Positions 50,099 to 56,477 of a stretch of 64,000 bases of DNA are shown here, piece after piece. The notes under the pieces are model-generated. The model did not search any database, was not told the origin of the DNA, and was given only the letters and a program-made list of their open reading frames with translations. Source of the DNA: Vicinamibacterales bacterium (GTDB lineage Bacteria > Acidobacteriota > Vicinamibacteria > Vicinamibacterales > UBA8438); assembly GCA_963662965.1 (NCBI GenBank), contig OY759970.1, forward strand, positions 3,904,524 to 3,968,523, given 5' to 3'. The translations under genes and the position numbers were made by a program. The stretch's first letter is position 1, and every line of letters begins with the position of its first letter.

Positions 50099-50622
50099 AA
50101 GCACGATCCTTCAGCCACGTCGGGATCACCGTGTCTAACTTCAACGCCGCGGTGAAGTTCTACTGGGATGTGTTTCGGTGCCCGCTCGTCGGCGTCGCCG
50201 ACCAGCCCTCGGAGCGCGTGCGACAGGCGTTCGGGATCGACGCCGAGGCGCCGACCTGCAAGGTCGGCTGGATCCGCGTGCCAGGCGGCGCCGTGCTCGA
50301 GATCTTCGAGTTTCAGCCCAACCACCCGGCCATCGACGTCCCGTGGAACCGTGTCGGCCTGACGCATTTCTCCTTCAACGTGCGCAATACCCATAAGTGG
50401 CACGACTACCTCGTCCGAAAGGGGGTGGAAATCGTCAGCAAGCCGGAGCAGTCGCCGCGTGGCCATTGGTTCTTCTTTGTGAAGGATATGGACGGCAATC
50501 TGATCGAGCTGATGGACCTCGGGATGATGCACTACGTCGTCGCCTACCTCGCTGTGCTCGCCGGTGGACCGGTCGGCGAGTTTCTGCTCAGACGCGGTCG
50601 GTACAAGCAGTACTACGAGTAA
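50095..50622 (+). CDS. VOC/glyoxalase-family protein with C-terminal hydrophobic helix
   Basis: 175 aa with FSHVGITVSNFNAAVKFYWDVFRCPLVG and FFFVKDMDGNLIELMD. A C-terminal hydrophobic stretch reads MMHYVVAYLAVLAGGPVG. A GTGA overlap couples it to the GMC gene. Confidence 0.75.
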   Translation: MKARSFSHVGITVSNFNAAVKFYWDVFRCPLVGVADQPSERVRQAFGIDAEAPTCKVGWIRVPGGAVLEIFEFQPNHPAIDVPWNRVGLTHFSFNVRNTHKWHDYLVRKGVEIVSKPEQSPRGHWFFFVKDMDGNLIELMDLGMMHYVVAYLAVLAGGPVGEFLLRRGRYKQYYE

Positions 50623-50630
50623 GATGACGC

Positions 50631-51641
50631 ATGTCTGACCACGTCCTTCTGACGCGCCGGTCGTTTCTCGGCTCCCTGGCCGTCGCGGCGGCAGTGCCAT
50701 CGGCATTCGCGCAGGGTGGGCCTCCGATACCGGTGAGGGCCTGGAACCATATGACCCTCAGCGTCACCGACATCGAGCAATCGCTCGACTTCTATCAAGG
50801 GCTCTTTGGGCTGACGATCGCGGCCCGGCAGGCGCAGACGCTGATCCTGCGCATCGGGAACGGCCCGCAGTTCATGGCGCTCGGCGGCGGCCGGCCCGAC
50901 GTGACGCCGCGCATCAGCCACTTCTGTCTGACGGTCAACGGGTTCGATGGCGAGCGGTTGGTCCGCATCCTTGGCGACCATGGCGTCGAGCACGCCGAGC
51001 AGTCCGGACCGAGGCAGGTCCGGATACGGATGCGAGGGGCTGAATTCGGCGGCGCTCCCGAAGGGACGCCAGAGCTCTACATCGGCGACCCCGACGGCGT
51101 GGTCGTCCAGCTGCAAGATACGACCTACTGCGGAGGCGAGGGGGTGTGGGGCGAGCTCTGTCAGACGCCCGAAGCGTCGTCGCGACGTGGGCTCATCGCT
51201 GTCCGCGACATCAATCATTTCACCGCGTTCGTCACCGACCAGCCGCGCTCGATGGCGTGGTATCAGGAGCTGTTCGGCATGCCGGTGACCAGGTCACAGG
51301 GCGCCTTACCGCTGCTGTCGGTCGGCAAGGGGCGGCAGTTCCTCGCGCTCGCGCAGACGCCAGGCCCGCCGCGTATCCATCATGCGTGTCTGACGACGCA
51401 GAACTTCCAGCATGAGCAGGTGCTCGACACGCTCGAGTCGTACGGGATCCGCCGTCGGGCGGAGGGCGCACAAGGGCCGCCCGGTCCACTCGAATGCTAT
51501 GTCACGATGCGGATGCCCGACCGCGGCGGCGCACCTGAGGGGACGCCGGAGCTGTACTTCACCGATCCAGACGGCATTCTGATTCAATTGCAGGACACGA
51601 CCTACTGCGGCGGCGCCGGGTACCTCGGCGACGTCTGCTAG
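50631..51641 (+). CDS. Tat-signal tandem VOC/glyoxalase-domain protein
   Basis: 336 aa with the twin-arginine signal LTRRSFLGSLAVAAAVPSAFAQG. Two VOC halves each end in EGTPELY(I/F)xDPDG(V/I)xxQLQDTTYCGG...C. Confidence 0.75.
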   Translation: MSDHVLLTRRSFLGSLAVAAAVPSAFAQGGPPIPVRAWNHMTLSVTDIEQSLDFYQGLFGLTIAARQAQTLILRIGNGPQFMALGGGRPDVTPRISHFCLTVNGFDGERLVRILGDHGVEHAEQSGPRQVRIRMRGAEFGGAPEGTPELYIGDPDGVVVQLQDTTYCGGEGVWGELCQTPEASSRRGLIAVRDINHFTAFVTDQPRSMAWYQELFGMPVTRSQGALPLLSVGKGRQFLALAQTPGPPRIHHACLTTQNFQHEQVLDTLESYGIRRRAEGAQGPPGPLECYVTMRMPDRGGAPEGTPELYFTDPDGILIQLQDTTYCGGAGYLGDVC

Positions 51642-51659
51642 CGAACAGACGCGGCGGCG

Positions 51660-53768
51660 GTGGAGGTGATGCCGATGAATCACGCGCACAGACACGGACG
51701 AGTGCTCGCCACGGCAGGTCTCATCGCCTGCTCGTGGGGCTGGCTGAGCGCGCAAGGCGCGGTCATCATCGACGGTGACGACATCGGCGGCGTCGTCACG
51801 AGCGCCAACGGTCCCGAGGCTGGCGTCTGGGTCATCGCCGAGACGAACGACCTGCCGACGAAGCTGGCCCGCATCGTCGTCACCGATGAGCAGGGACGCT
51901 ACGTCGTCCCTGACCTGCCGAACGGTGCCTACGAGGTGTTCGTCCGTGGCTACGGGCTGGTCGACTCCGCTCGCGTGTCTGCACGACCTGGCCAGCAGCT
52001 GAATCTGCAGGCGACCGTGGCGCCAGACGCGAGGGCGGCGGCGCAGGTCTATCCGGCGGCCTGGTGGCTGACGATGATCGAGCCGCCGGCGTCCGAAGAG
52101 GCCCAGCTCGATTTTGCCTTGACGATGAAGCAGTGCTACGACTGCCATCAGGTCGGCAACAAGGCGACCCGCGAGATCCTCCCGGTGATCCGCGGTCGCA
52201 GTGGGTCGTCGCTCGACATTTGGATCCGGCGCACCGCCGTCGGACCGTCCGGGCCGGGGATGGCGACGCAGTTCCGGAACCTCGGCGACATGCGCCAGGC
52301 GCTCGCCGACTGGAGCGATCGCGTCGCCAACGGCGCGGCGCCGACCGAGCCTCCGCCGCGGCCGCGCGGCGTCGAGCGGAACCTCGTCATCACGCTCTGG
52401 GACTGGGGGTCCGAGATCGACGGCCGGACCGACATGGCCGCGGCCGACATCCGCGACGGCACCGTGAACGCGAATGGCCTCGTCTTCGGCGTGGCGGAGA
52501 TGACCGATTCGCTGACCATCCTCGACCCGGTGGCGCATCGCGCGTCAGTCGTCACGGTGCCGTCCGACGCCTCGCCGTTGGTCGGTGGGTTCAATGCCTC
52601 GCCGACCCGCTCGCCGCACTACGGTGACGACGTCTGGGCGCGCCGCGCCGACGTCCGCAGCTCGGCGGTCGACGCCACGGGCCGCGTCTGGATGGCGTCA
52701 CGCGTGCGCGACCGCGACGACCAGCCGTCGTTTTGCAGCTCGTCGGAGAATGCGTTTGGCGCGTACTACCCGCTGGAGGTGGCGAACCGGCAGGTCTCGA
52801 TCTACGACCCGGCGACCGAGGAGTTCGAGCAGATCAATACCTGCTTCAGCGCCGACCACAACCAGATGAGCGACGACAACTTTCTCTACTTTGGCCAGAA
52901 CGGGGCGGTCGGCTGGGTCGACATGGATGTGTGGGACGAGACGCATGACGCCGAGGCGTCGCAAGGCTGGTGTCCAGCCGTGATCGACACGAACGGTGAC
53001 GGGCGCATCACTGAGTGGACCGAGCCGGACGAGCCGATCCGTCCAAACATGGACCACCGGATCAACTTCGGCTGCTATTCGGTGGCGGTCAGCCACAGCG
53101 ACGGCAGCCTCTGGTGCTCCGGCATCGGCCGTGGCGACAAGCGCTTGGTGCGTATCGAGAAGGGCGACAACCCGCCCGAGACCTGCAAGGCGGAATACTA
53201 CGAGCCGCCGCCCGACCGGATGCCGGACGTCGTCGGGTCAGGCGGAGTCGAGGTTGACGCGGCCGGTATCGCATGGCAGAACTGGCGCGTCAGCGGGCAC
53301 TACTCGGGCTTCGACCGGACGCTGTGCGATTCGACCGCCGACCCGCAGGCGACGGGGCAGAGCTGCCCCGAAGGATGGTCGTATCAACGGAAGGATGATC
53401 CGACCTATGGCCGTAGCTTTTATCACGCCAACGAAAGCTACCTGGCGCATATGGACTTCCACGACACGCTCGGCCTTGGCGCCGACGCTCCCATTTATGG
53501 CTCGGTGAACACCGATGCGATGGAAGTGATCTCGCCGAATCTCGGCCAGTACGTGACGCTGCGTGTCCCATACCCGCTCGGGTTCTTTCCCCGCTCCGGC
53601 AACGGCCGTATCGATGATGCGAACGCCGGCTGGAAGGGCAAGGGTTATTGGGCAAGCTTCTCGACGTACGCCACCTGGCACATTGAGGGTGGTCGCGGGG
53701 AGGGCGGTTCTGGCGTTCGACCAAAAGCGGTGAAGTTCCAGTTTCGACCCGATCCGCTCGCGAAGTAA
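51660..53768 (+). CDS. secreted CarboxypepD_reg-like + monoheme cytochrome c + large C-terminal domain protein (paralog 2)
   Basis: 702 aa with GGVVTSANGPEAGVWVIAETNDLPTKLARIVVTDEQGRYVVPDLP and the heme motif MKQCYDCH. It ends AVKFQFRPDPLAK. The start could be GTG 51660 or a downstream ATG. Confidence 0.75.
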   Translation: MEVMPMNHAHRHGRVLATAGLIACSWGWLSAQGAVIIDGDDIGGVVTSANGPEAGVWVIAETNDLPTKLARIVVTDEQGRYVVPDLPNGAYEVFVRGYGLVDSARVSARPGQQLNLQATVAPDARAAAQVYPAAWWLTMIEPPASEEAQLDFALTMKQCYDCHQVGNKATREILPVIRGRSGSSLDIWIRRTAVGPSGPGMATQFRNLGDMRQALADWSDRVANGAAPTEPPPRPRGVERNLVITLWDWGSEIDGRTDMAAADIRDGTVNANGLVFGVAEMTDSLTILDPVAHRASVVTVPSDASPLVGGFNASPTRSPHYGDDVWARRADVRSSAVDATGRVWMASRVRDRDDQPSFCSSSENAFGAYYPLEVANRQVSIYDPATEEFEQINTCFSADHNQMSDDNFLYFGQNGAVGWVDMDVWDETHDAEASQGWCPAVIDTNGDGRITEWTEPDEPIRPNMDHRINFGCYSVAVSHSDGSLWCSGIGRGDKRLVRIEKGDNPPETCKAEYYEPPPDRMPDVVGSGGVEVDAAGIAWQNWRVSGHYSGFDRTLCDSTADPQATGQSCPEGWSYQRKDDPTYGRSFYHANESYLAHMDFHDTLGLGADAPIYGSVNTDAMEVISPNLGQYVTLRVPYPLGFFPRSGNGRIDDANAGWKGKGYWASFSTYATWHIEGGRGEGGSGVRPKAVKFQFRPDPLAK

Positions 53769-53824
53769 GCACGGAGTGGCGCAGCGGCGTCATTCGAGAC
53801 ACCGATGACTATCAGGAGGACCAC

Positions 53825-54505
53825 ATGAGCAAGCAGCACCTTTGGGCACTCGCAGTGGCGGCCGCAGTTGCGTCAGCGGCGGTCATGTCGACGGCAGTCG
53901 TGGCGCAGCAGCCACCTCCGCAGCCGATGTCGTTTTTCATCACGAGCGTCGGACTCGGCGATGGCGCCAACCTCGGTGGTCTCGAGGGTGCCGATGCGCA
54001 CTGCCAGTCGCTAGCTGCCGCCGCCGGCCGCGGTGACTCGACCTGGCGGGCCTATCTGAGCACGCAGGGAGCAAACGCGGTCAACGCGCGCGATCGAATC
54101 GGCAGCGGGCCGTGGTACGCCCATGGGGGTCGCCGGCAGATCGCGGCCGACCAAGGATGGCTGCACGGCGACACGCTCGACCAGGCGCGGCTCGGCAACG
54201 CCATCGGAAAGATGATCGCGCTGACCGAAGAGGGCAACCCGGTCAACGGGCTTGGCGATTCACCGAACCAGCACGACATTCTGACGGGAACGATGCCCGA
54301 CGGACGCGCCTACACCGACGGGGATGACCATACCTGCGGCAGCTGGACCAGCAACGGCGACGGGTCGGCGCGGGTCGGCCATTCCGATACCCACGGCGGC
54401 GGCAACAGCTCGTGGAACTCGGCGCACGCGAGCCGCGGCTGCAGCCAGGAGAATCTGGTCAGCACCGGCGGGGCCGGGTATTTCTATTGCTTTACGGTGA
54501 ATTGA
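53825..54505 (+). CDS. secreted endostatin-like / C-type-lectin-fold protein (paralog 2)
   Basis: 226 aa with FFITSVGLGDGANLGGLEGADAHCQSLAAAAGRGDSTWRAYLST, HTCGSWTSNG and YFYCFTVN. It is a clear paralog of 26474..27118. Confidence 0.6.
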   Translation: MSKQHLWALAVAAAVASAAVMSTAVVAQQPPPQPMSFFITSVGLGDGANLGGLEGADAHCQSLAAAAGRGDSTWRAYLSTQGANAVNARDRIGSGPWYAHGGRRQIAADQGWLHGDTLDQARLGNAIGKMIALTEEGNPVNGLGDSPNQHDILTGTMPDGRAYTDGDDHTCGSWTSNGDGSARVGHSDTHGGGNSSWNSAHASRGCSQENLVSTGGAGYFYCFTVN

Positions 54506-54539
54506 TTAGCCGAGGCGTTGCGAGGATTGTGAGGACAGC

Positions 54540-55034
54540 ATGAGAAATAGCATGATGATGTTTGTCGCCGGTGTGTTGGTTGCGGCCGGGCTCGCCTGGG
54601 TTTGGTCGCCGGTACCGCGCGGTGCCGAGATGGCGCTGAGTGGGGCCGACTACGCCGAGATCGAGCGGCTCTACGGTCTCTACAACCAGGGCAGCGACTT
54701 CAGGGACGCCGAGTTGTTTCTCTCGGCATTCGCCGAAGACGCTGTCTTCAACACAGGAGCCGGCGAGACGCGCGGGATGGCCGCCTTGCGGGCCCAGCGC
54801 GAGGAGCGGTACCAGGGCGCGACCGGTGACAACGGACGCCGTCATTACAACTCGAGCTTCGTCATCACGCCGACGGCCGACGGCGCCAAGGGTCGTGCCT
54901 ATTGGGTGGTGAACGACGTCAGCGGCGCGGAGCCGATGCCGGTCGCATCCGGCTACTACGACGACACGTTCGTGAAGACGCCGGACGGCTGGAAGATCAA
55001 GACCCGGACGCTCTCACGCGACCCGGTCCAATAG
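54540..55034 (+). CDS. exported SnoaL/NTF2-like fold protein
   Basis: 164 aa with an N-terminal hydrophobic segment. The segments ADYAEIERLYGLYNQGSDFRDAELFLSAFAEDAVF and GYYDDTFVKTPDGWKIKTRTL are typical of SnoaL-like/NTF2-like domains. The assignment is tentative. Confidence 0.5.
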   Translation: MRNSMMMFVAGVLVAAGLAWVWSPVPRGAEMALSGADYAEIERLYGLYNQGSDFRDAELFLSAFAEDAVFNTGAGETRGMAALRAQREERYQGATGDNGRRHYNSSFVITPTADGAKGRAYWVVNDVSGAEPMPVASGYYDDTFVKTPDGWKIKTRTLSRDPVQ

Positions 55035-55160
55035 TTAGTCGGGGCTGATTGCCCCCGAACCCCGTCGCCGGCACTCGCGGGGCCCCCCGTGCCCCGCTCC
55101 GTGCCGGCGGGGGCGCGCGGTGCGCGCACTGGCTCCTCAGCGGCGGCAGACCCCATCTAA
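55035..55160 (+). repeat. intergenic structured repeat, full-length copy (about 126 bp)
   Basis: TTAGTCGGGGCTGATTGCCCCCGAACCCCGTCGCCGGCACTCGCGGGGCCCCCCGTGCCCCGCTCCGTGCCGGCGGGGGCGCGCGGTGCGCGCACTGGC...GACCCCATCTAA. An extra solitary end CCCCGTCTAA lies at about 55167-55176. Confidence 0.75.
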
Positions 55161-55376
55161 CTACAGGCCCCGTCTAATTAAAAGAACACGACAACGCAGT
55201 AGACGAGCGCGCCGATCACGATGCATCCGCCGCAGCACAGTAGTTTCAATATCTGCAGCCCTCCCCGTCGAGTCGTGGTCTGTTCGACGTCGTTCGACTC
55301 CGAACGGTTCACTATAAGTTAACAAAACTCATAGAATATAGTGACACTTCCCACGGAAACGACTACACTCCGGTGC

Positions 55377-55565
55377 ATGGGCAATCCCGCTGGAGTGACG
55401 CGTGATTTCAAGGCGCTGGAGCGTCGGCGGATGCAGACCGCCCGACTCTTGGACAAGGGGTACACGGAAGCCGAAGTCGCCCGACGCGTGGGGGTGCATC
55501 GGCAGTCGGTCAATCGCTGGGCGACACAGTGGGCGACGGGGGGCCGGGCGTCGCTGAAGCGCGCG
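55377..55565 (+). mobile_element. IS630/Tc1-like transposase N-terminal HTH fragment
   Basis: [65 protein letters not shown] is a helix-turn-helix pattern of IS630-type OrfA. No DDE domain follows. The 3' boundary cannot be resolved because the same DNA reads as ybjQ on the other strand. Confidence 0.5.
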
Positions 55566-55772
55566 GGCCGCCTCTTGAACTTCCTGCGTGGCGATGGCGC
55601 GTGCTTTCGCCAGCTCCTTTTCGTACGCGGCCGAGTGTCCGCCGACGATGTCGCGGATGCCGGCAAAGAAGTCTTTGAAGATATTCGCACCGACAATCGC
55701 CTCGCCGGTGACGATACCGTGGCACTGGCGAATCGACTTGCCCTCGATGCTCGGGGTGGTGGTCAGAATCAT
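55555..55772 (-). pseudogene. ybjQ: 5' fragment of a YbjQ (UPF0145) family gene
   Basis: [69 protein letters not shown] matches the YbjQ family pattern for about 70 residues and then degenerates. The RBS (GGAG) and an AT-rich upstream region are retained. Confidence 0.75.
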
Positions 55773-55845
55773 CTATCAGTCTCCGTTATTGATTATTCGA
55801 CGAAATCGTCGGCGTGGAGTTCCTTTATTCTTAGCTCAAGACGGC

Positions 55846-56466
55846 CTATCGGTTCGTGCCGAACATCGCACGCCAGAATTCTGGATCCCGCGCGATCCAT
55901 TCTTCTGCGGGGAAGCTCCACGCCGGACGCACCGCGAAGACCCGCGCTTCCGGATCGGTACTCGCGGCCGCGTCGGCCGCTTCCCGTGTGTCCGCCGGCC
56001 TCAGGATGAACCGCATCTCGTCGTCGGTGACGAACACCGTGCCGTCGACGGCGCGGTCGCCGGTCATCACTGTAATGACCAGGAATCGACCGACGCCCAG
56101 CGTCCACGGCGTGCCGACCCTCGAATTTGGCCGATAGGTGGCAAAGCAGTTGGTTTGCTGCTGCGTCAGGCGAGCTTTCCGCTCGCTGTTATGGGCGAGC
56201 GCCACCATGAGCCGCGGGTTCTTTTTGTAGGCGTCGACCACCTGCTGCGGCTCATCCGCCGACGCGTAGCCGTTGAAGTACCAGACCTCTTTCTCGCCGG
56301 TGAGCGACTCAAGGGCGAGGTAGGGGTGCGGGCAGCCGAGTTGCGCGCAGAATTGAGCGGTTTCGCGTTCGATCGCCCCGTAGGACTCTTCACGTCCAGG
56401 CTTCACCGTTTCCCGATGAATCTGCAGGATCGCGGGTGTGGGCGCGGACGCGGTGGCCGGCGGCAT
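55846..56466 (-). CDS. hypothetical protein
   Basis: 206-aa ORF lying 11 nt downstream of the 56478..58343 gene. No motif was recognised and there is no obvious RBS. Confidence 0.45.
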   Translation of the reverse strand: MPPATASAPTPAILQIHRETVKPGREESYGAIERETAQFCAQLGCPHPYLALESLTGEKEVWYFNGYASADEPQQVVDAYKKNPRLMVALAHNSERKARLTQQQTNCFATYRPNSRVGTPWTLGVGRFLVITVMTGDRAVDGTVFVTDDEMRFILRPADTREAADAAASTDPEARVFAVRPAWSFPAEEWIARDPEFWRAMFGTNR

Positions 56467-56477
56467 TCGTATACGGA

